A stretch of 64,000 nucleotides of DNA, from NCBI GenBank assembly GCA_043228905.1, contig JBHGNT010000007.1, positions 10,106,001 to 10,170,000 of the forward strand, given 5' to 3'. How positions within the stretch are numbered: the first letter of the stretch is position 1; every line of letters starts with the position of its first letter. This stretch comes from Azolla caroliniana (taxonomy: Eukaryota > Plantae > Polypodiophyta). A program made the translations under genes and the position numbers. The notes under the pieces were generated by a model. That model was not told the DNA's origin, ran no database searches, and saw nothing but the letters and a program-made list of their open reading frames with translations. Shown here in pieces: positions 40,484 to 52,365 of this stretch.

Positions 40484-43400
40484 TGTCGTGAAGAAAACCG
40501 TCCACAAGCGAAATCGGTGCACCGGAGCGTAGGAACCGGCTCTTCATGCACGTACGTCTAATGTTGTACAAAAGAGAGAATTAGGTACATAGAAAATCCT
40601 AGGTAGGTAGATTCGGTAGGTAGGAAGTTAATGGGAAACGGCTCCTTTCTTGCCTATAAAAAGGAGGGAGACAGGGAAGAGGAAAGGATCGCGGTTAGAG
40701 AGGACGAAGTGTTGTCGGGTTGTCGGCCGAAGGCTTCTCTCTCTTCCATACTCCGTAGCTTCTTTCTGTGCAGGTTTTCGGGAGGCTCGCGCTGCTCTGA
40801 GGAATGCCTGAGTGCTTCCGGCAGCACCTCCAACCTACTCCTTTCTTTCTGAGCGTTTACGAACAGGCATCAGCATCTGTTCGCCGGCCTGTTCGGTTGT
40901 AACCGACTTCGTGCTTCTTGTTGTTTGTCCTTGTTAATATATATATACATACATTCTTGTTGTTCGCGTCTTTGTGTCGAAGGGCCGTGCCCCTGTGAAT
41001 CTACGCCCACACGTAGTGGGTCCCTTCCCTTCTCCTTTGTCTCTTGCTCTTCGGTACAAGACCCCCGAGGCCCCGCCTCATTCCACGCATCCGCGAGGAA
41101 TACCTCGACATCTTGGTGAATCCGACGTGAAAGAGGCGGCAGAAGAGTAGAAGATGAAGGGGTCTGATCTTGCGGAGGCTGTGGCTTCGGCCGTGGATCG
41201 GGTATTGAGCGCACGCGAGGGCATCGACGCCCTCGACAGAGCCATTGAGGTGGTCGTCGGTACGATCGGCCGGTTCAGCGGAAAGGATGCCACGAAGTAT
41301 TTGGCGTCCTACGGGGCAAAAATGCTAATGCGGGACATTCCGGAAGAGAGGCGTCTTGCCGGGTTCCCTCGAGTGGCGATGCCGAGCATCCATGCGGAGG
41401 TGCTCGAGGTACGGGCGGAGAGCCGTACCTGGGAGGAGTTCGAAGGCCGACTCCTAGAAAAATACGGGCTGGACGACGCGCTCCGGCTTTCGAAACGGGA
41501 CTTCATGGAATGGGTGGAGTCCCCCGACAAGGGAAGAAACGTGTCGGCACTCCTCCGGGAGTTTGAGGAACGCTTTGCGCGCCTTTCGGCGCTTGACCGA
41601 ACCGTTCTGGATACAAGCCGGGTCCTACTATTCGTCAAGTCGGTGGACGAGAGGGACCGGGATCAAGTCGGCTCCTTGCTAGAAACCGAAGACGGGCTGA
41701 CGACCGACTGGGCTGCAGTTAAGAGAGTCTGTGGCCGTTTTGACAAAAGGCGAGAATGGGCTGACAACGGGGCGGCCGGTGCGGGCTCTGTCACAGCAAC
41801 GAGGCTTGAACCGGCACCGCAAGGGCGAAGGGCAGAGACCCGGGAGTGGCTCGAAACCGGGTCGGCTCCGACCGGCATGGTCAATGACTCGTCTAGAGGA
41901 GCAGCGCTGGAGGAGTTGACGCGGGCAATAAAGGATCTCCAGATCGCCCAGACTCGAAGGGAAGGCGGCGAACCGGCTCGTGACCGACGGCCGGTAGCAG
42001 GGAACAAGTGCATGTGGTGCGACGAGGTCCGCCACATTCGGAAGGACTGCGGCGATTTCGCAGAGGCGTTGAGGAACCGGGTGGTGTACCTATGGGAAGG
42101 CTAGGTGCACGCCGGCGATACCAGAAGGGCCCTAAACCGGAACGATGGGCGAGGAGGTATGAAGAGACTGATGGAAGAGGCAGCGGCCCGACACGTGGAG
42201 GCCATCCACTACTCGGCGTCGGCCGATATTCGGGTCGGGGGCAACGAGGCCCGAAAGGAGAGCAAAGACGGATTCTGGTCGGCAATGCTGGAAGGCCTCG
42301 CCGGCGCACGGCTGAGGAAAGATGAAGCGGACTGCGCTGAGAGACGGGTCCGGGAAATAACCGGGTGGAGCGACCCGGTCGAGGAGAAGACGGGCTTCGT
42401 AGAAGCCGCCTGCCGGAACTACGAGGCTCTGGTAGAAGACAAACAAGTGGGGAAAGCCGGAGCGGCTGGGCCCTCACAACGATACGAGACCCGATTCGGG
42501 CAACGACGGAACGATGTCGGTGGGTCCAGCGCGCAAGATAACCCCAGGAAGGGCGGATACCGACTGGGGACGGAAATAGAAAGGACCACGGACCTACGAA
42601 AGGTCCTAGAAGAACGGATCCTCGACAACAAAGTGGAGCTGTCACTGCGGGAGGTGCTAGGGATCGCTAAGAAGGAGTTCCACGACTCCATTGTGGACTT
42701 GGTGAAGCGGAAGAGGCTATCGACGGAGACGGAACCGGAAAGACCGGTGGAGGTGCGGACGACGCACATCGACGACTTGGCGCTGGAAGATGAGTGGACA
42801 GAGAGCCACTATTCGAGGCCACACTGGGCCCGAGCGACCACGGAGACCCCGGTAAAGATCGGAGATGTTCAGGAACCGGTGGTGGCACTGGTGGACCACG
42901 GTTCGGAAATAAACCTGATGTCCATGGACTTCTATAAGAAGGGAAAGTGGCCGATCAACACCAAGCACCGGTGGAAGATACGGGCGGCGACGCGCGCCAC
43001 CGAGGAACTACACGGGGCCTGCCCGAACGTGCGAGTCAAGATCGGCGACGTCGAGATTGACTAGCTCTTTTTCGTACAGGAGACTTCCTCGCACCCGGTC
43101 ATATTAGGGGAACCATACATCACGGCGGCGCGGATGGAGACCAAGTTGCTAGACAACGGTTCGGCCTACGCGAGGGTCAAAAGCCAGGACGGGCGCCATT
43201 CGGTTCAATTTCTGACGGTGCGACCGAACCACGAGCGAAACCGCGAATCCCTCGGTGGTGAGAACCGGGAGGATTTTTAGAGAGGGCTGCCAAGGCGTGG
43301 GGCCGAGACAATCCGGACACTCTGGAAAGACCTTAACGAAAACCGGACGATACCGGTATGTTCCGAAGAGATATATGAAGTCATCACGAACTTCAGTCAG

Positions 43401-46400
43401 GGGCTCGAGTCGGATCGGACGGCCCGAGTTAGCACGAAGTACAAGACTGTGGACCGGAAGGTAAGGCCAGTTGCGGCACCCTTACCGGAGGGCAGCGAAT
43501 CCCGAATCAGAGGGGTTGCGTCGGACCCCAGTTTACGAGATCCGGTCCGCATAGGACACACCTTCACCGACGGGACGGTCCGGGAGCTCAAAGTAGGTGG
43601 GGGTGGGTTCCTACTGCCAACAGAGGAAGACCGGTTTCGGAGGATGCTCGGAAGGCATGGGAAAGCCGTCGCATTCTCACCGGAAGAGATCGAGTGCGTA
43701 GACCCGTCAATCGTGGAGCCGATGGTAATATTCACGGTACCGCATGTACCGTGGAATCTCAAGCCGATTCCAGTACCGAGAGCTCACGTCCCGAAGTTGA
43801 TGGAGCTATTGAGGCAGAAAGTCGATATGGGCATTCTCGAACCGTCAAGTGCCCCATACTCGAACCGATGGTTTACCGTACCAAAGAAAAACGGAACATT
43901 GCGCTTCATTCAAGACCTGCAGCCGGTCAACAGAGTGACCATTCGGAACGCAGGAATCGGACCGACCATAGACGAGTTCGCGGAGGCCTTCGCCGGAAGG
44001 TCGATTTACTCGGTCGGTGATCTGTACTCGGGGTACGACCAGTTCTAGCTAGCTGTGGAGAGCAGAGACATTACGACGATGCGAACTCCCCTCGGCCTAG
44101 TGCGAATGTGTACCCTGCCACAGGGAGGGACCAACTCGGTGGCCCACATGGTGAATGCAATGAACAAAGTACTGAGGGATTGCATCCCAGACATCACCAC
44201 GCCGTTTCTAGATGATATCCCGATCAAGGGGTGCCCGGTGGAAGAGAAGGATGAGACACTCGGGCCGGACGGATGCCGGCGATTCGTGGCAACACACATT
44301 GACGACTGCGAGAGGGTGCTACAAAGGCTAGAGGGTGCGAGGCTCACCTTCTCCGGGGAGAAATCGGCCTTTGGGCAATCAGAAATCCTGGTGGTCGGAC
44401 ACCTATGTGGACCATATGGCCGGAAGCCGTCTCCGGCAAAGGTAGAAGCCATCTCCGCGATGAAGACCGACTGTAGCTCGGTTATGGAAGTTCGGAGGTT
44501 CCTGGGGGCATGCGCGTTCTACCACATATGGATCCCGCATTACGCCCACGTTGCGGAGCCGCTATATGGGTTGCTGAAGAAGGGGCGAAAATTCGAGTGG
44601 CGAGACGAGCACACAGAGTCGATCCGGAAGCTGAAGGAAGCTCTTGCGGCAGCACCGGCGCTCCGGAAGGCTGTCTATGAGAAGGGTACCCCGGTATACA
44701 TAACGGTGGATACGAGTCCCACCGGGATCGGATGGGTCGTCAACCAAGAAGACAAGGACGGCATTCGGTTCCCGATCAGATTCGGCGCGAAGGTCCTCAG
44801 TGAGCGACAGCGAGGGTACGCCCAGGTTAAACGCGAACTCTGGGGTATCATTTCGGCAGTAAAGGACGACAAAGACTACCTGATCGGGACAGAAGTGATT
44901 ATCGAGACGGATTGCCTGTCAATTCTCGGCATGGTTTCCGGATGCGCGACACAGGACCTGGCGATGCTCAGGTGGATAGCGTACATCAAGTCCCTGGACC
45001 CGGAAATACGACACATTTCCGGAAAGGACAATGCCATGGCCGACATGCTTTCGAGGGCGGCATGGTTTCGGAAGACAAAGAAGTTGGCATGGACTTCTTC
45101 GAGGCGGCGTACGTGACGACCCGATGGGACGAGCACTCCGGCACTTAACGGCTTCGACGAGAGCAAGTACGACGGCGAGTGGCTATAGATAGGTTGTTTC
45201 TTGAGGACAATGACGCCGGATGCGTCATGGACGAAGGACGAGACCAACCGGATCCGGAAGAAAGCATACTGATTCTTTCTCCGGGACGGATACTTATGGA
45301 AGAACCCGAAGAAGAGGAACGGAGTCCCGCTCCGGGTGGTGGCGATGAAGGAAGAACAGGAGGAGCTGCTGACGGCCTACCACGACAACCCTTGGGCTGG
45401 ACACCATGGAACGTGGGCCATGTTCGAGAAGATAAAGGGGAAGTACTGGTGGCCGGGACTGTACCGGGACGTGCATCGGTTCGTGACAACTTGCGAGAGC
45501 TGTCAGATGCACTCCATAGTCCGACATCGGGACGAGCTTCACCCTACGTACCCTCCGACCATCCACTTCAAATGGATGGTAGATCTAGTGACGATGCCGA
45601 TGGGAGTAGGACAGATGCGGTATCTGGTCCTGGCTCGAGAGGATCTGACGAACCAGGTGGAAGGCCGAGCCCTTCAGAACAAAACAACCGCGGCCGTATG
45701 TCGGTTCCTGATCGAGGACGTGATATGCCGACACGGGTGCGTCGGGAAGATCGTGGCTGATCGTAGGGAGTTGGACGCCGAAGAGGCCGAGGAGCTGTTC
45801 GACCGGCTAGGAGTCAAGCTCTCGCTTACCACTGCGTACAATCCGGAGGCGAATGGGAAGGTGGAGCGTGGACACGGACTGATCGTCAAGGCGTTAGTTC
45901 GGGCATGCGGAGGGCAAGTCGGGAACTGGCCGCGGCTGCTGCCTTACGCGTTGTGGGCTGACCGAACTACGCACAGTTCGGTAACCGGATTCATGCCGGC
46001 AGAGCTCATGTTTGGGCAGAAGCCGATCATGCCGATGGAACGAACGATCTCCTCATGGGCAACCGTGAACTGGAGAGACGAGATGAGCCGGGAGGAACTG
46101 TTGGCGGCGCGTATACGACAGCTCGAGCGAAGACCGGAGGACGTGGAGCAGGCTACGGGAAAGCTTCGGGTGGCAAGGACGAGGAACAAAGCCCGGTTCG
46201 ACCGGACGCACCGGCTCCGACCGAAGAAGATCGAGGAAGGCGACTGGGTGCTAGTCTACGACAGCAGCCTCGACAACCAGCACCGAGTGACATGGAAGTT
46301 CGCAAGAAGGTGGTTCGGGCCTTACGTGGTACAAAGCGCCAACGACAACGGGACGTACCGTCTAGCGGAACTCGACGGCACGAGAATGGCGATACCGGTA

Positions 46401-47235
46401 GCTGGGAAACGGATCAAAGCGTTCACGAAGAGACATGACGACGAGCCGGATCTGGTTAACCTGGACCGCGATGACGAACGATCCGAAACCGAGGAAGAAC
46501 CGACGGGCGGGGAATGAAGGCTGGACCGGTTTTCTCCGTCCCAACTCAATTTGGCGCATGCCCGTGGATGCGCGATTAGGTGGGGGCGGATGTCGTGAAG
46601 AAAACCGTCCACAAGCGGAATCGGTGCACCGGAGCGTAGGAACCGGCTCTTCATGCACGTACGTCTAATGTTGTACAAAAGAGAGAATTAGGTACATAGA
46701 AAATCCTAGGTAGGTAGATTCGGTAGGTAGGAAGTTAATGGGAAACGGCTCCTTTCTTGCCTATAAAAAGGAGGGAGACAGGGAAGAGGAAAGGATCGCG
46801 GTTAGAGAGGACGAAGTGTTGTCGGGTTGTCGGCCGAAGGCTTCTCTCTCTTCCATACTCCGTAGCTTCTTTCTGTGCAGGTTTTCGGGAGGCTCGCGCT
46901 GCTCTGAGGAATGCCCGAGTGCTTCCGGCAGCACCTCCAACCTACTCCTTTCTTTCTGAGCGTTTACGAACAGGCATCGGCATCTGTTCGCTGGCCTGTT
47001 CGGTTGTAACCGACTTCGTGCTTCTTGTTGTTTGTCCTTGTTAATATATATATACATACATTCGTTTCTCTTTGCGTTGGTGTCCCACTCGCGTCTTTGT
47101 GTCGAAGGGCTGTGCCCCTGTGAATCTACGCCCACACGTAGTGGGTCCCTTCCCTTCTCCTTTGTCTCTTGCTCTTCGGTACAAGACCCCCGAGGCCCCG
47201 CCTCATTCCACGCATCCGCGAGGAATACCTCGACA
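40484..47235 (+). mobile_element. Young tRNA-Trp-primed Ty3/gypsy copy E, full span
   Basis: Near-identical LTRs at 40484-41110 and 46591-47235. PBS TGGTGAATCCGACGTGAA at 41114-41131, PPT AGGTGGGGGCGGA before 46591, 4-bp flank duplication GCGT/ACGT. Gag-PR (LVDHGSEINLM), RT (FLDD), RNase H (VDTS), integrase with GPY motif, no chromodomain. Confidence 0.96.
41154..46517 (+). pseudogene. Gag-PR (41154-43280) and RT-RH-IN (to 46517) of gypsy E with premature TAGs and frameshifting deletions
   Basis: In-frame TAG at 42102, 43062 and 44046. Frame breaks near 43334 and 45058. Confidence 0.88.
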
Positions 47236-48937
47236 ACGTGTCGCAAATCTCCTTTATTTTGGTGCTGTAGTCCGTAACCGACATATCTCTTTGTCAGATG
47301 TTGTTCAGCTCTTGCCAGAGCTGCAACTTACGGGTTGTGGTACTTGCGGCGAAAATCTTACGCAGATTTTCCTAGGCCTCCTTCGGCGTCTTTGCATCCC
47401 TGATGTAGCCGAGCATCTGGTCGTGCACACAGGAGGCGATGCAGTATAATACTCGGCTCGCTCCTTGCTCCCATACCGGGAAGTCCTTGTGTCCAGGTTT
47501 TGGTGCTACCTCATTTGTTCCTTCCACGAAACTCCAATACCCATGCCCTACTAGGTACTGGTGCATTTTGTATGACCAAGACGCGTAGTTGCTTCGGTCG
47601 AGCTTCTTTGTAGGAAGTGAACTTGCCATACCTCTGTCCATATTTTTTCTCTATCTACTATTCTGTTCTCACAACCTGTAAGGTTTGTCTTGCGAAAGCA
47701 AATGTCGGCTGCAAAGGTCTTCAACCCTCGCGCTCTGATACCATATGGAAACGTATGTGCGGAAGCATAAGACAACAACTTGGCTGCGTAGTAGTAGAGA
47801 GAGAGAGAATAATACACAGAATACAGAGAGTACTCGGGAGAGATAGAGAGAGAGCAGAACAAGAATCTAAATTCAAAAATTATATCAGCACTCTGTATAT
47901 ACAACGTGCTCAACAACAATATTTATACAAGTCCTCATGGGACTGATAGAAGTACAACGTACTTCAAAGCTCACACGAGCGTTTGACACTAACTATAAGA
48001 CAATAACTACCTAGTAATCTAATCTATTACTAGGTTTCCGGTTACTACTGGATCCAGCTAATCGGCTCCCCAGCTCACTGGCTCTTTTGCTCACCGGGTA
48101 CTCACCAGCTCACCGATCCGTCTCGCTCACCGGCTCAAGCTTATTCAACTGATCCGGCTCTAGTTGAGATTCACGGATGGAGACAAAGGTGCTCGATAGT
48201 GGTGCGACTTTTGCACGAATGCGGAGCCAAACCGGAGGGAAAACCGTCCAATTCCTAACCGTGCCATCAAATCACGAAAGGAACAAGAGAGAGCTCTTGT
48301 CCCAAACAAAAATGGATTTTTAAAGCGGACTGTTGCGGAGTGGGGAAGTGATAGTCCGAGAAGCCCTGATACCCCACACAAGATGAAAACTCTCGGAGGA
48401 AAACAAGTACGAATCGGTCTAAAGGGGGCATCTACATACACGGCTGTAACCAGAGTAATTAAGAAAGAATTCCGAACGATGCAAGATGAGTTACGGTCTA
48501 CATTAATGATAAAAGAAGACGAAGAAATGACTGGAGTAATTGAAGAAGTGTTCTACGGAAGCACACTACAAAGGCTTCAAGAGCTTGAAGAAGAGAATCA
48601 TCATGAAGACCAGGGAGTTGCGGTGGAATCGGTCGAGATGTACAAGCTCATTGCGGAAATGGATCCGGATGCGCTCCGCAAAGAAGAAGCAATGGTATGT
48701 ACGAAATATAAAACTATGGAAAAAAAGGTGAAACCATCTGTGGGACCGTTACCTGCCAATAATGAACAAAAGATGAAAGAAGTCTCGGAAGATCCGACAT
48801 TTCGGAAGTCCATGGATATTGGACATACATTTACTGATGAGACCTGAAAGAAACTCCGTATTGGTGGAGGCGGGTTCCTCTTAAAGAATGAAGAAGAATG
48901 ATTGCTAGAGGTGTTGGAGCAACATGGGAAAGCATTC

Positions 48938-49336
48938 CATTGAGAATCAAGCTGAACATAGGGTAACGTGTGAACCACCCTTTGAGCATCCATGAGCACT
49001 CAAAGGTCAACAAGAGTCATACCACTCTCTACACATTAAACTATGTGTCATAGAATCATATTCTATGACACATAACTAATGGGTTCCACATTCCCCATGA
49101 CCATAAGACTTCACATTCCTCAAGGCTCTAGTGAGAGAGTGGACGTTGTAGTGAGTAAATGAAGAGAGAGGACGTCCCTGTATAAAGCACCCTCCTCTTA
49201 CTTCATATTAAGTTGGTTGTGATTCCTTGTAATGCTACAGTTTTGTATCTCTATTCTACTTGTGAAATATACACCTTCTTCTTGAGTATTTTATTTCTCT
49301 TGCTTATCTATCTTGTGTTCTCTTCTCTCCTCTATT

Positions 49337-49398
<62 letters not shown>

Positions 49399-49770
49399 CA
49401 CACATATCTATTCCGTTGCACAAGAATCACCATCGATTCTTTACATGGTATCAGAGCGGTTTGGTAGCTCAATCTAGCCTATCCGCGTGTGTTGTGTTCT
49501 ATGCCGACGTTCGAGAAGAACCGGTTCATCGCTATCGTAGTACCACTACATAGATTGTGTTCGAGAGAGAAGGAAAAGAAGAAAGGAAGCTTAATCGAAA
49601 ATGAATACTCAAATGGAGAGTGCTCTCCCTAGCGAGAAGTTGGATCGAAACAACTTCGCATCTTGGGAGTACAAGATGCACCAATACCTTGTTGGCCAAG
49701 GCTATTGGGGTTACATCAAAGGAGCACAAGAAAACTGACCTGACCCGAAAGACGCCGACAATGCAACATG
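48938..49770 (+). mobile_element. Related copia copy K: LTR (about 48938-49445), PBS and gag start, truncated
   Basis: ...TTTACA followed by TGGTATCAGAGC at 49446-49457. Gag MESALPSEKLDRNNFASWEYKMHQYLVGQGYW from 49613. The LTR contains (CT)n(CA)n. Confidence 0.8.
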
Positions 49771-52365
49771 GGTATAAGGTTTCATGCTCTTTCATCCCGA
49801 CTACCCGAAGTGGTATGCCATCCGGTCTTTTTGGCTCCATCCATATTAATCCATTTTTCAAGAAGAACTTTTGGACTTGCCTCTTCTTCCTTCAGATCTC
49901 AGCTCTCTTCTCTTTATTGTCCGATGATTCCTCAATCTCTTGTAGCACCTTCCCGATCATCAAGCTTTCTCCCTCATATTCTTCTTCTCGAAATTCTTGG
50001 ATTACGTTTACTCGGCATATGTGCTCCGAAGCAAAGTAGTCTTCAGAAACTTCTTCATTATCAGATTCCGCTATGTCGTCTCCGAACCGAGCCCTTGATA
50101 GCATATCCGCTACTGCGTTGTCTTTTCTAGAGATGTGTCGTACGTCCGGGTTAAGCGACTTAACATATGCAATCCATCTTAGCATAGCCACATCCGGTAT
50201 TGTGCAACACCGCATCATCCTGAGTATCAGAAGACAATCCGTTTCGATCACTACTTCGGCTCCAATAAAATAATCTCGATCCGATTTGATATCCGACACG
50301 ACTCCTCATAATTCTCTTTTGACTTGTGCATATCCACGATGCCTTTCGGATTGTGACTCGCATACTTCTTTCATAGCTTGAATTGCATCGATCTTGGTTG
50401 GTGACGGTCTTCGGCCGTAGGGCCCACATAGATGTCCGACTACCAATATCTCTTCTTGCCCGAATGCCGATTTCTCCCCGGAAAGTGTTAGGTACACATC
50501 TTCTAACTTTCGAAGCACTTTCTCGCAATCACGAATATGGTCGACTACAAAATTTCGGCATCCCCGATCATCCATAGTTTCATCTTTTTCTTCTACCACG
50601 CATCCTTTCATCGGAATGTCATCTAGGAACGACACCATTATCTCCGGAATGCAATCTCGAAGCACCTTGTTCATCGCGTTCATCATATGTGCAACCGAGT
50701 TTGTCGCTCCTTGTGGTAGTGTGCACATTCGGACTAATCCTATTGGTGTCCGCATGGTAGTGATGTCTCGGCTCTCCACGGCTAGTTGGAATTGGTCATA
50801 CCCCGACCCGAGTATAGGTCTCCGATGGAGTATATCGCACGACTGGAAAATGCTTCCGCAAATTCGTCCACTATCGGACCGACCCTGGAGTTCTGGATCG
50901 TGACCTTGTTCACCGGTTGCAAGTATTGGATAAATCGGAGTGACCCATTCTTCTTCGGAACCGTAAACCATCGATTCGAGTACGGAGCACTTGATGTCTC
51001 TAGAATCCCCATTGCCACCTTCTCCTTGAGCAAGTCGATGATTTTGGGAATATGCGCCCGTGGCACCGGAATCGGCTTCAAGTTCCACGGCACATGGTCA
51101 ATCGTGAAGATCACCATCGGCTCCACTATCTTCGGATCAATGCACCCAATCTCCTTCGATGTGAATGCAAACGTTTTCCCATGTTGTTCCAACATCCCAC
51201 GGAATCGTTCTTCTTCATTTTGTAAAAGGAAACCACCTCCACCGATCCGAAATTTCTTCCGGGTCTCATCCGTGAAGGCATGTCTGATATCCACAGACTT
51301 CCGCAGTGTCGGATCTCCCGAGAATTCTTTCCTCTTTTGCTCGCTATCGGCGGGTAATGGTCCCGCGGCCGGTTTCACTTTCTTTTCCACGGTCTTGTAT
51401 TTCGTACTTACCATTGCTTCTTCTTTGTGAAGTGCATCCAACCCCATTTTCGCAATGATCTCATACATCTCGATCGATTCCACCGGGACTGCCCGGTCTC
51501 CTTGGCTTTTATCCTCCACAAGCTCTTCAAGCCGTTGTAGCGTGCTCCCATAGAACACTTCTTCGACTACCCCCGCGATTTCTTCGCCTTCTTTTATTAT
51601 TGATGCTGACCGCAACTTATTCTCTACCTTTCGGTATTCTTTCTTCTTTCCTTCGGTTACGTCCGTGTACGTAGATGCCCCATCCGAACCGATTCGTCCT
51701 GGTTTTGCTTCGAGAGTTTTCTTCTTGTGTGGGGTATCAGGGCTTCTCGGACTATCACTTCCCCAGTCCGCAACAGTCTGCTCTAAAAATCTATCCTTGT
51801 TTGGGACAAGAGCTCTCTCTTGTTACTTTCATGATTTGCCGGCACAGTTAGGAATTGGATGGATTTCGCTCCGCTTTGGCTCTGAATTCATGCGAAAGCC
51901 GCACCGCTATCTGTTACCCGTTCCTTTGGGTGAACACCTTCGATAGATCTGCGGCTATCAGTATTCAAGGGCGTGGTACGTGAAGGCTCGTAACAGAGGC
52001 GTCGAGAGAGAGATAGTGCTCAGAGAGAAAACACTAGCGAGGCCTTGATAGGCGTGGGCGATGCGGAAATCATAGGTATGAATCAAAGCACAGACACATG
52101 GAACAAACTGGGCACAATTCAGCTATATTAATGCGACAGCAAAAAGATTACAGAACACGGCCTACGGCTGGTGACCTTAAGATTATCTAGTTACGAGGGA
52201 AGCACTAGCTGAGTCCCTCGGCGTTTGCTATTTTCCTAATTTTACATTTCTGTCCTCTGGACAACACCTAGCACGCCCGTGGGACATGACCTTGTCCGTC
52301 GGACCCACGACTTACAAAAATACTAACAATATTACAAAAATTGCCTTTTAGGCGTGATCCTCGTT

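Larger units (their letters stand above)
29785..48168 (-). mobile_element. Ty1/copia copy D, hosting two nested gypsy elements
   Basis: LTRs 29785-30152 and 47744-48168 (outer end deleted, so no TSD). PBS 47732-47743, PPT 30153-30164. Gag-pol remnants at 36342-40483 and 47236-47641. Confidence 0.92.
27216..48937 (+). mobile_element. tRNA-Trp-primed Ty3/gypsy copy I (own sequence 27216-29784 and 48169-48937; split by copia D, 3'-truncated)
   Basis: LTR TGTCGT...ACGACA at 27216-27881 and PBS TGGTGAACCCAACGTGAA at 27886-27903. Gag with CIWCDSTEHDRKDC, protease LIDHGSEINLM. The frame resumes after 48168 as SRMETKVLDSG. Confidence 0.88.

Noticed and set aside
43278-43450. Stop-codon readthrough joining Gag-PR to RT in element E
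   Set aside because: Frame 0 is open after the TAG, but copies I and H put RT in the -1 frame and the -1 peptide is conserved. A frameshifting deletion near 43334 explains E better.
46547-46575. PBS-like CAATTTGGCGCATGCCCG before the 3' LTR of E
   Set aside because: Imperfect match, not LTR-adjacent, and a normal G-rich PPT follows. Probably chance or a small hairpin.
41309-46678. Numerous antisense and off-frame ORFs over GC-rich retroelement coding regions
   Set aside because: Shadow ORFs expected at high GC content, with no recognisable domains.
51912-52285. Element F as a plus-strand element with an ordinary PBS at 52269
   Set aside because: Gag, integrase, the accessory ORF, LTR polarity and a second PBS at 57249-57237 are all minus-strand.
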